NCBI GenBank assembly: GCA_037379345.1
Contig: CM074514.1
Span: 12,400,001 to 12,464,000 of the forward strand
DNA: 64,000 nt
Direction of reading: 5' to 3'
DNA from: Perna viridis
Taxonomy: Eukaryota
The notes under the pieces were generated by a model. That model was not told the origin of the DNA. It searched no databases and saw only the letters and a list, made by a program, of their open reading frames with translations. Both the position numbers and the translations under genes were made by a program. Below, piece by piece: positions 36,630-49,800 of the stretch (position 1 is its first letter; each line of letters starts with the position of its first letter).

Positions 36630-37814
36630 CATGAATCAGATATGAAAAATAACAAACTAGAATATCATGTGGCACGGGGGTATGTATGTCGGACAGGTGC
36701 TAACTGGTCCTTCTTTGATCATTTCACTGGGATTTTTGAGAAACAGTTGAGTAATTTTAAAAGTCGTAGTTTTTCTTCCATCAGAAAATGCCAACAAACG
36801 AGCAAAATGTCGAATACAACCATTTCTTAGTTATGTAAGTTATCCGAGTTAATTTATTACGTTTCGTTAATTATGCCAAATAATATATTATGTATCCGTT
36901 TTCAGAGTTTATGAATTGAAATGCATTTTTCTATTTATTTTTTAGTTTTAAACTTAGTTTTTTTTTAAATTGTAAACTAGCTTTAAGGTAGTTCTGAAAT
37001 ACTAAACTTGCTATCACCTATGACGAAAACTTGAAAAATGATACTGCGATAGGTTTAATAAAGACTTTAAAGCTTTATGCCAAATAACAGACCAACGTAA
37101 GGACAAAATAATGTTCTTGACAAAACTGTTTGTTTTTCTTACTGCACCATTACGTGAATACACGTGACTGTATTCTACCAACAGCACTAAATAACAGCAC
37201 ATAAAAAGACCATCAGTGCTTTTGTATTGTCTAAAATTCATTGAGTTCATTTCAGAGCTTGACGTCAGCGACCGATAATTAATTTTTACTCCAGAACTAG
37301 TTTAATACCTTTGAACCATCACATTTTATGTTTCAAAGAACATCTGAATAGCAGAATCTTGTGATGCAAAATTATATAATTGCTTAAAGAATGTCTGTTT
37401 AATTAATATTTATTACAGTAATCATATTAAGCTAAGAACATCTGTATCAATATGTTTTGGTAAGCCACAAATATCTAGATTGTTGACGATAACAACAAAC
37501 TCGTATTTTTCTTACCTCTGAGTCAAGCACTGCACTTTTTGCAGACGTAATATAAGTCTGTGAAGTTCACCCATGATTTTTGACAGGGAACAAACATTTC
37601 ATCGTAAACATTGTCTACGTGTGCATGCGTTTCAAATCTACTGCAATCAGCAGATTTTGAACTGTTCGCGCCGAGACGAGGCTGATGTGCTTAATTGACC
37701 TCTATTATTTTGATAAAATGTAATGAACGAAACGAATAAAAGAGCTGTAAAAAATTGTATCTTGGATGCCTACCTAGTATAACAAAATCTTGACTGCCAA
37801 AGACAGGAGAAACG

Positions 37815-40800
37815 ATGTTTATTTTGATCCAGGTAAGTTAGTAGATACAGAATTTTGCTGATTTAAAAAAAACATTATGTTTTATTACTGTTTTGTTTAT
37901 ATACGAATTAAACATTAGACTATATATGACGAAATGTCAATTAAAAATTGTAGCTTGCAAAGGAAAGCTGTGTGGTTTTAGAATAATATAGGACTGTGTG
38001 TGTCTGTAGTTCTTTTCGACAGACCAACTTCTCAACGGCAATAGAAAATTACACAGTCTCAATCCTTTGTTTTCGATTCAATAAAAGATGCATCTTTAAT
38101 ATAAATCTTTATTGAATGAATTCCTGGTAATACACTCTATTTCCTTCCCAATAAGAGATTAATAAAAAAATTAACTTGTATGTTTGGTGGTCCTTACCTA
38201 TATTTTGTTTTATATCACATTTATAGTGCGTGAGTTCTTATGTCGTTTGGTCTTTGTTTCAGCTGAATACGATTATCAACATTTTGTTTCTAAATTATCC
38301 CTTTTAAAACATTTTAGATATCTCGAAATCATTTTTTTAAATTTATTTTTTTTCATTTCAGAGTCTGGCTATATTTTCCACGTGTTATGGTAAGCTTAAG
38401 CACTGATTTCATTTCTAACCTTTAACCTTTAAGAATGAATTACTCCCTGCTAATTATAAAAGCATGTCAGATCAAACCAGTGTAACTGTGGGGTGTTATA
38501 AAGTTATCTAGAAACAAGGTTTCTGTGCCAGTATAAAATAAGCCTTGAGTAAACCTGTCTTTTGGATATTTATTACACGTCTAGACTGAAAAATGAACGT
38601 CGTAAAAGTTAGTTCATGTAACAAATAAAGATTAAAAATTAAACACTGAACTAGGATTACCAAATTTTAAGATATATGTTGACAGCTGAAGTTTTAAAAT
38701 ATTTTCATGGCACCGAATAAATTTCAAGGCGATAACTGAATTCCATAAAAACTAAATGTCTCTTTATCTACTTTTATTATATTTACCAAACAAATCATCT
38801 CTAACAACTTCATTAAATTTGCAGTATCACTTTTTAATGAAAATAAAGAAGCATTGAGTAAATATCGCTACTGAATGTTTAATTCAATCATTTTACACTT
38901 TTTTGAACATTATTTTTCCATTTGTACATATGTATAGGTATTATTTATACGTTACGATACAAGGTTCTTACACGAGTCTCTCTTGAACATCTGGGATTTA
39001 TTCCACCAGTGTGAGAAATTCCATCTTTTGACGAGCGGAGTGTAGCGGGACGAATGAAAAGACAAAAAGATTTTTCTCACATGAGTGGAAGAAATCCCAG
39101 AAATTCAACAGATGACGAGTGTAAGAACGTATTTCTTCCGTTTTACATTCAAAAACTGGGGAATAACGGACAATAAAGGACAATGAGTAATTTGCATAAA
39201 ATATGTATTGTATTAGTGGGCGCCAAATAACCACGTGCGATTTAGAGTAATCACCCCGAAAAATTCTGTTATATCCTATAGTAAGTAATGCTATGTTTTT
39301 GTATAATTCGAACATATTAACATACATTGTCAGACAAAGATGTGGAGTTTGATTAATTTATTCATTAACCATCCGAACTTTAATTGACTACTTTTACTTT
39401 GAGTATTCCGATTGGCTATTTTACCCATGACGTTCACCCGTCTGTAAGTGGCGGCTGTCTGTCATAGAAAAACGGCAAAAACGGAAGAAATGGGTATCCT
39501 GACAAAATGGACGATATAACTGTAATGCTGTAATATGAATATTTAATTGTTTTTTTTTGTACTTTACTTTCCTTCAGCTTTTAAACATCAATAATTATGC
39601 CATTTTGCGACCATTTAAGTAAAGTTAGAATAAATTAACAACAGTAGCATTTTTATAATAAAAGGTTTTGATTGGATGCATGTTATAAGCTATTTGATTA
39701 TAGTTCCGACTAATGTTTCATATTTGTTTTTACAGGATATGTACGATCCAAATGTTTAGTCGAACAAAACTCTGTGATAATTCCATACATATCAGATAGA
39801 GAGGGACAATTCAAAAGAGACTTTAATCAGGATTCAGAATTGTTTCTTTCTGAAATGTACATTTCCTTTAAATGGAAGGATGGTATACATATATTAGACT
39901 TGCAAAGATCGGTCCTAAGCCCACAGACCGCTAGTTTAGAATGGAATGAGGACAATGTAACCATAGCATCTCAATTGTACAATACACAATCCTACCAGGG
40001 TACGGTACTTGGTGACAAAGAAAGTTTAGTCGCACTTTCTATTTCTGATGGACTGGTAAGAATAAATTATAGGTACATTAATGGAATTAATGTAGGTCAA
40101 AAGTATTATATACATGTACTTGTAATATACATGTATTATGTGTACTGTACTCTATTTGAAGGGGAACAGCTGTTATAAATATAAGACCAGTCTTTGCTTG
40201 ATACATACTATAGCAACTATAGGAAAGCCCTATTTTGAATGGAGTAACCTCATAACGACGACCTAGTCCAGGCTCCATAATTAAACTCATACGCTAATGT
40301 GATCATAGAAAAAATATTTCACATTTAGGTTCCTTAAATTATTGTGATTCAACTTAGGGCACTAAGTTTGTTAATTGAAGAAAGAGATTTGTTTAAACTT
40401 TGATTAATTCAACCGTCTCCACATTACAATTTCAAAAATTATGTGAGTAAAATATCTTCTTGTATTTTGCATGCTGACCATTTTATTTTATACAAAATGT
40501 ATTGAAACCATTTTTAAGTCGCTAATATTGGAAGCAACCTCTTGCATTCGTAATTTCAGTACTTTTTATATTCGCATATGTTTTGCATAAATACATAGTA
40601 CTACTCCACGTTATGATGCAGATATTTACCGTCATAGCATCATAGTTCTTGCTTCATACATGTGTGTTCTACGTGTATCTCTTGCTTGTATGAGAATGGG
40701 AAGTTTACATGAAATGGTCGGTTAGCATTAAACATTACCCAGTTTCCGATTCAGGCACAGGGTTTGTTATAAGACTATATAGGTTCCTAATCTGGTTCCC

Positions 40801-43800
40801 TGGTCAATATCATTAGCGACCCAAATATCGCTAAAATTTACCTCTTTTAAAAATATCATACACATGTTTATTTGTGTTTTCTGCTCGTATGAGAACGGGA
40901 AGTTTACATTAAAGGATGAAATGATCGGTTAGCATTGAAGTTATGTAATTATATCGAGGTTCCCTATATAGGTCATATACATTATCAGGGCCCCGATATT
41001 TATACATAGCCATTGCCAGCTGTTTAATCTGATTCGTGGTAACCAGTTGTATTGATCGAAATCATTCGGGTCATCACGGTTACGAAAGAGTAATCATATC
41101 GAGGGAACCAAGATTCTAGCGGAAGTCACCCGATTTTAGAACATATCGCATTCGTGCCATTTCGGATGTTCAAATTAAGCCAAAATCAGAGGCAGTGAAT
41201 ATTTGACAATTAGCGACTTTGAGGACTTCAGTCTTTGATTATTCCATAGAAATTAATCATTAACCTGCACAACTAACCATACATTTCAAAGACGTTATGG
41301 AAAATCAAATTACTAATATTTCTATAAAAATTTACAATATAATATTTTATGAATAAATCAGCATTAATTTGGATGTTTTTTCTGAAACTGAAACTGTATG
41401 ATATCGAAAGAGTAATAAGGGGAACCAAGGTTATAGCGGTAATCAAAAGAATGTGATCCAGGGACAAAGACCAGACATGGGAAACAGACACACACAACAA
41501 AGAACATGAGCAACTCGGACTCCATTAACAACTGGGAGCATGGACCCGCCAAGTTGCTCATAAAAAGTGTCAAGTCCGAGGTAGACGAAAGAGGAAAGGA
41601 AAACTAAGACACGTTGAACAAATCAGTTTTCATGGCGCAGATGGATACACCGTAACTATCCACGAGTTCATGATAACGGCCATAAAACTTTTGTAGTGAT
41701 GACTTCAATCTTGTTCCAGAAGCCTATTTGTTAGAATTCTAGCGTGATACAAAAAGTCTGCGTAGTTTCGGCAAGCTCTGGCATAACGTATGAGTTGTGA
41801 TATGAAGCATTGATATTATATAGAAGGAAATGCAAAAAAAAAAACCCCAAAATATATAATACATAAAGACCCATAGACTTGATTAAAATTTGTTATTTTT
41901 AGTAATAGAAATAGAATGATGAAGCACTTAATAACGTTAGCGAAACAATTCTCAATGGGAAATTTATTGGTTTCACAGGGTATACATTTTTTAGGTGTTT
42001 GACAACTTGTTACATAATAAATCTCGCTCTTTCTGCTCTTTCTTCAGAATGGATATGTTTCTACAAGTAATTACGAATTCGTAGTTGAGAGTCTAAACGA
42101 TGAATATTCCAGAACAGGTTTACATAGATTGACATCTTGTAGAAAAACAGGTATGCACAACGTGGCATGAAACGATACAAAAAGAGTTAATAAGCCCATT
42201 GTAATGTATTTTTGTATAGTATAAATGTGAAGGGTAATATAACGAGTTAATGAGAGAATTGTTTTGTGACGCTATAGAGAACGAAGAAAGAAAACTTGAA
42301 AACAATGAGTTAATGAGCACATTCTAATTTGTCAACGCAATTAGTTCCCAAATAAAAAGTGACTAATACATCGACAATTTCATTGATTAAGCATTACTTT
42401 CATGCTCGTACGTAAACCTTTTAAACAATTTTACCGTGGTAGGAAGAGAATAACATCCTAAACTGTGAGTTGCAGACGGTTGAGATCAGGTCGTTGTCCT
42501 CGAATCTAAATGAAAAATAAATCATCATTATATGTGCTTTTGTTACTCATAATACTGATAATAACAAATCCCACAGAACCACATATTAACAAAGGGTAAA
42601 CACAATGATGTACGAGGTCAGAAGTATTCAGAAATAATTTATATCTTGAACACATGAATTTTTCATGACATAGAAGTGTCTCTTTTTGTGATTTATCTGA
42701 AATTTGCAACGTTGTAATTGATATGACAAATTTACCCAACATGTGTTTCTACACAACCTTTTTTCATTATAATCGAATCTACCTGCTTAACATGGTCAAA
42801 CAACGAATAATTTGAAAACTAATTTTCGAGTTTCAAATACTCATAAAAATATATTCCATACATATGCCATATTTATGAAATCTTATTGATACATTACCTA
42901 ATCTTTTTAACACGAATCTATGAAAACCACGATTTAAATATTCAAATGAACACTGAAATTCGTCAATAAAACGCAGAAATATAACAGAACACAGCCATCG
43001 AAAATGTAAGAAAGGATGATAACCACTTTTCGTCTTCTGGAACTCAACGATAAAAAAACACAAGCTAAGAAAACAACGACCAATACATTTTAACTGAAAG
43101 CAAATATAAATTATCATCATTATGAAAAAAATGATTTCCCTGTAAGAAAGTATCTTATATAGAGAAGAATCGTTATGAGATGAGTAACAAAATAATTGGC
43201 ATTTATTTCGAAAAATAAGATAAAAACGTTGTCCTCTACAAAGGTAGGTGTCCGTACAAAAGGATTGTTTTTGCCAAGAACCGCCTTCTCTAAAATCAAT
43301 GGTAAAATTCATTTCTGTACTTCAGCTATATGTGTTTTTGTTTCACAAATTATAGAAAATATACAGTATATAATACTTTTATGCAAATAAATACCTAATA
43401 GTTTATTTCTTTTATCTGCCGTAATAATCACAAGCAGAATAAAAACATGATTATGTATGGATTCAAATTAAGTAGTAGTTTATAAATTTTCAGGGGAATA
43501 CAAGCATTCGACTAAAAACAGAACGAGACGTAAAAGAGACATATCCGGCCAGACGAAGTACATTGAGGTCCTAATTGCTATTGATAAATCGGCTGCTAAT
43601 TTCATTGGAAAATCAAAAATAGAAACATACGTGATGACAGTTATGAATATAGTAAGTAGAATTCCAGCGAACTTAATATATTGTAACTCAAACAAGGGTG
43701 AAATGAATGTTAAAATTGTCTAAATTGTACAATGTTCAAAGTCAAAAACAAAACTCCAGAATAAACAATGACATAAATAAAAAAAAGAAAGTACATTCAC

Positions 43801-46800
43801 GAAAACGTTTATGCTATAACGGAGGAATTGCCCAACTTTTTTAGACCCTTGGAATAATTTTTATTTTGAATTTATAGGTTAACAAGATATATAAACATGA
43901 CACTTTAGATTCTGATATAGAAGTGCTGACCAGTAATATTATTATGATGGACAGTTCTGACGTAAGTTCCCAATTGTTTTTACGTAGATCGTGCTTAATT
44001 ATAAATCATATACTTTATTTTATGGTTGATATCATTAGCCACCAATTTAATTATTTACAGAGTAATATCGAATTTACAGTTTTTATATAAGCTTGGAAGG
44101 TATGTATCAGAACCCAGACCTAGGAAAGTCGACTCTTAACTTGACCTACATTAAGGTATAAAAAAGAAGGATGTCAAAGTTTTATTATTGTTTAAATCAG
44201 ATTAGCATCGGCTATTGATGATATTTTTCGTACGCTCGGGTACTCTACATACTTATAGGTGATGCAACACACTGCTTTCGAAATATTGCTCGACTTCAAT
44301 AGTAAGGCATTTTATGTTTTGAATATTTTGTCTGAGTTCTAATGAGGAAAATGAATTTGCTGCATTGTAAATGGATATAATTCTATAAAAGTTCTAACCG
44401 TAATATTGACTCCGAGTTTAATATTTGCTTTTTGTAAAAATCTTTCAAGTAAGTCACAATGGAAATGGGGAAAGAAATTGTTCATCCGGGTATTATGCCA
44501 TTATCGCAGAGTAGGATTTTTAAATTAACGTATGAGTTAAAAGGCAATACTGAATTTGTACACAGAAATTATGACGACAACACACTGTATACTCAATTAC
44601 ATTTTAATGAAACAAGTCAGTGCCTTGTAAAGCACTTAATTTATGTTTCAACCGAATTCTCTCTTTGATTAAACCACGAAAGCACTTATTTTTTAAAGAA
44701 AAAAATATAGACAAATGTTGATTATATAATTTGCTATGATGTATTATATATAACTACGATGCGTGCAAAAAAGGTTATACACCACAAACCCACCGACAAA
44801 CAAAATAAAAGTGCAAATCGTATTTTCCTTCTTTTTAATCCTGTAAATTGGTGTAACCTTAAGTATCTTTAAATGCAAAAAGAAGATGTGTACGCGCACT
44901 ACCTCTCTTTTAGATAGAACATAGATCAGACGTGCAGGTAGCTTGACAAAGTAAATATGTTAAAACTAAAGCGTTATATACTATAGTTATTCAAACAGTT
45001 GATATATCACACTTAAAGAATAAACGTTTTTTTTTATCCTTTTTCTATTTGCTAGGAGAAATCTATTATAGTTAAAAACGAAGCCAGATCTACCGTAGAC
45101 AGGTTCTGTCAGTGGGTACTCAGAAATCCCCAGTATGCTAGAGGGTCCAAACATGATGTTGCTGTTATGTTGACAAGGAACCTCATTGGTCCAGCAGGTA
45201 TGATTAACTACAAAATATTATATAACTAAATGAATAGTATACCCGAGTGTAATGTATAGAATTGCTTTCGTTTGTAGAGATTTTTGCAAATTATTTATGT
45301 TTATGGCTTATAGTTTTAGAAAACTTTTCACCTTCACGAAAGACTTAATATATTTAATATATTTAATACAAATGGATGCCTTTTTTTCTGCCTGATTTTT
45401 TCAGTGATCAAATTGTTCGAGTGCCTGTTTTGTTCCTTTTCACGTAATAAAAGTGGAGAAATTTGAAATATTAAATCGAACTAAATTTCTCGAAGAAGTA
45501 ATAATAATGGTATTGTTGCCACATTGTTTTGGGTTTCACTTCGATAACTATCAAATATTACTAATATAAAGAAGAAAAATATGTATTCTTTCCCACAACA
45601 GTAATTCGGAGAAGGTCAATTCGAGGTAACTATACGACCAAAATGTAGCCCTTAGTCAATGGACATGAATGAGTTCCTTGAGTAGTTAACGGTGATAACT
45701 GATGAAATAGTTCATCAATATAAATATACCTTTGCCAAATAAGGCCTATGTTATTTTATGTGTATTTATGACACTATTCCAGGAACAGGATTTATTGCAC
45801 TCACAAGAAAAAGTGAATAGAGTAAAAGTAACTTTATATCACAAACCATAAAGGCCTTAAAATAACTGAAACACCAGTAGGGAACTCATTCTTTTATGTC
45901 TGGAAAATATACTCGCATGTAACGTAAGCTTAACAATATCCCAATACCCTGTAGATGTACATATCTAGAGTTAAGTGCCTTAATATAATCTATAATATGT
46001 CTAAACAAGATAATTGTCTCGTAAATAATAATTGTTAGTTTATATATTTTTGTAAGCGCCAATATAATTCTGCTTGGTCACAATAAATCTAATTACTTGA
46101 CGAGATGTTCATGTATATGTCAGGTAAAACCTCACAAAGTTTCTTCAAATGCAAGGTTATTTATTATGCTTTGAAAAAGGTCCTAACACGCACAATATTA
46201 TACTATGCGAAGGAAGTTCAATGAGTTGCTCTTGACATAAAAATTTGTGAAGTTTATACGGGAGTAGTAAATATTCCTATGATTAAGGCTTCTAATTAGT
46301 TGTCTAATTTCAAAAAGACTATGTTTACAGGTTATGCTCCAATAACAGGAATGTGCAATCCAGCAAGAAGTTGTGCCGTCATAAAGGATGAAGGATTTAC
46401 TTCAGCGTTTATCATTGCTCATGAAATAGCACATGTGTATGTTTTAACATTTCTTTTTAGCCTAGATACATAATGTAATATCTTTAAAGAAGAACATTAA
46501 AATTGCCATTATTTTGCTGTTATGTCATCCACTAAAACAATACTGGTTATCCTATTGTAGTGGAAACGAAATCATGATCATGAAAACAATCAGAAATAAC
46601 AAATAACATACAATAAGTGATTAACGTATATAACTTGATCAAATTGAGACATTGGAGATCCAACAATCGAAAGAATATTGGCCAACATGAATACAAATGA
46701 ATTGATTGTTAATGTGAACAGTCAGTATAATAGGATGCTAGTTTCTAATTTTAATGCCTAATTTCATTACATGAAAATTGGCTATTAAAAGCTATATACT

Positions 46801-49800
46801 ACTATTTAATGTATATTTAGACTAGGTGTATACCATGACGGTCACGGGAACGAGTGTTATGGAAGAGAATACCAGTATAGTATGATGGCTTCAATGGTCC
46901 AATCTACACTTCAAAATCATTGGTGGTCTCATTGTACTAATACTAGAATCAAGAAGGTTCTACCGTAAGTATCGAATGATTGTTTTTCTTAAGTTGAAAA
47001 GAACATTTAAATTATTCTTTGATCTTCTTTGTAGTTTTCATTTCTATTCGATTTTACAAGCTTTCGAATTTCTGTGAAAACTTATTTACCTAATATAATG
47101 AAGAAATGTTTGGACGTCAATTACCTGTAAGTAAATGAACTTCCTTTAAAGCTATAGTTGGTCTCTTGTAAGATTTTAAACAACATTTAAGAATATTAAA
47201 CATTTACAATGTGTTATTGATACATCTGAATCAGGTAACAAGGATTTTTGTTTACATATATCAAAACTGTGTATACCAAAAAATCCCAANNNNNNNNNNN
47301 NNNNNNNNNNNNNNNNNNNNNNNNNNNNNNNNNNNNNNNNNNNNNNNNNNNNNNNNNNNNNNNNNNNNNNNNNNNNNNNNNNNNNNNNNNNNNNNNNNNN
47401 NNNNNNNNNNNNNNNNNNNNNNNNNNNNNNNNNNNNNNNNNAAAACAAACGACCAAATTCGAATTCAGACTTATCAAACACAATGTTGACATGAAGTCAC
47501 GTTATTTTTAAGACTGTTGTTTATCTCATTATAGACTGTTCATAAAATACTACAAAAATACATATCACATGGATTCAAGGGCATTAACCATGATTTCGAC
47601 AGTCTATACTCAGGTTTATACATATGATGTACTACACTTATTTTTTAGGTATTTAACCTGTCTAAATAACAATCCTTTGAAAGATCCAACGAAAGGGGTT
47701 TCGGATCCCTTAGGTAAGCCGTTTACAATGGATGAGCAATGCCGATATGAGTTCGGAGAAAATCACATTTCTTGCAGATCTGTAAGTTAATTAGGATAGT
47801 AGTTTTTATGAGTTGTTATACATTCCAATTTAAATTAAATATCGTTCATAAGATGATATGTGCTTTGGACATACTATCAAGTTCATTGTTGGTTTGGTGT
47901 CATTATTTTTTTTTATTATTTTAAACAATCAGTAGCTATAAACTATTTAAATATTTTTTTAAAGTGTTTGATTATGTTTGGTCAATTGATTTCTTGAAAC
48001 AAAGGACTACCCTAGTTAGCAAAGTCGTCGATATTTCAATTTCTGATTTATTATAGTTCTTGGTAGAGATTCCTTCATAAGAAATAATTCAAAATCATCT
48101 TCCAAATATACAGAGGAAGATGTTTACAAAATGCTGGAATTTTAATCGACAACATATTTGTACAGTGTGGTGGACGTGTTTTTCAACAAACGGTCGGCAT
48201 TCCAATGGGAACAAATTGTGCTCCTTTACTTGCTGACCTATTCCTTCACTCTTATGAGGCTGACTTTATAGCTGATCTGATCAGAAATAAAGAATATCGT
48301 TTGGCTAGATCTTTCAATCTCAGTTTCCGCTATATAGATGACGTACTATCTTTAAACAATCCTAATTTCGGGGATTTGATACATCGCATCTACCCCAAAG
48401 AACTTGAGATAAAGGATACTACAGACACTGTGAAGTCAGCCTCATATCTTGACCTACACTTAGAAATCGATGGTAAAGGATAACTATTGACCAAACTTTA
48501 CGACAAACGTGATGACTTTTCATTCATAATTGTCAACTTTCCTTTCATCTGTGGCAACATCCCTTCAGCACCTCCGTATGGAGTGTTCATGTCACAACTC
48601 ATACGTTATGCCAGAGCTTGCCGAAACTACGCAGACTTTTTGTATTGCACTAGAACTCTATAACAAATAGGCTTCTGGAACAGGGTTATGTTGCTACAAG
48701 ATTGAAGTCATCACTACAGAAGTTCTATGGTCGTCACCATGAACTCGTGGATCGTTATGGTGTATCCATCTGCAGCATGAAAACTGATTTATTCAACGGA
48801 TCATGGTTTTATTTTCCTCTTTTGTCTACCGCGGACTTGAATTTTTATGGGCAACTCGGCGGGTGTTTCTAGAAAAGCAGAGGACGCTTATTCTACCGGT
48901 GCACCTGATCCATGCTCCCAGTTTTTAGTGGAGTCCGAGTTGCTTATTTGCTTTTGTACTTGGTATGTATGATTTTAGTTACTGTATATACGCTTTGGTC
49001 AATAGTGCCAGTTCATTGGTAATATATTCTACTCCAAAACGACAAAAAAAATACATTTCAAGTCAGTTAAACAAAATGAATTATTGACATTGCAGTATAC
49101 TGGAGATTTATGCTCATCATTATGGTGTGCTGAGAGATACAATCAAAGACTATGCAAAACTAAACGAGGAAGACCATTGAATGGTACACCATGTAGATCA
49201 GGGCGCGTAAGTTCAGTTTTTTTTGTATAGTCGAAGAAAGACTACTCTACTACATAAATTGTGGAAGAATTCAACATAAGTGAAACATAGAGTTTATCAA
49301 TGTTGTACATTTCTATCATCAATATAAAGAAAGATAAGGATAAAACTGTTTTATAATACTTCATTTTACAAAAGTAAAATCATATTCATAGTATTTTTGA
49401 ATTACAGAAAATTTTTTATTGTTAAAAACTACATCAATATCTTAGAAAAAAAATATATATGTTTTTGTTTGCTTACATATGTAAATAAAAGTAATCATTC
49501 CTTATCCTAGTATTGGTGTTTTGACGGGAGGTGTGTATATCATGGTCACCATAAAGCCGTAGATGGAAGTTGGGGTGAATGGGGTCCTTGGTCGTCGTGT
49601 TCTACAGAATGTAATGTTGGAATTAAGACGAGGATCAGGAAATGTGAAAATCCAAAGTATTACGCTTTGAATAATTATCACAATGAAACATTATAAAATA
49701 AAAGAACAGATCATTACTCAAATTGGAATAAAGTTCACAAAAGAAAGTCTAAAATGAAAATGTAAAGGTATTTTTTCAATAATTTTTATATCCAACTATG

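Noticed and set aside
42833-43312. 159-aa minus-strand ORF inside an ADAMTS intron
   Set aside because: F/I/L-rich low-complexity composition expected from AT-rich DNA; no recognisable domain.
47176-47511. ORFs containing X runs
   Set aside because: Artefacts of the N gap.
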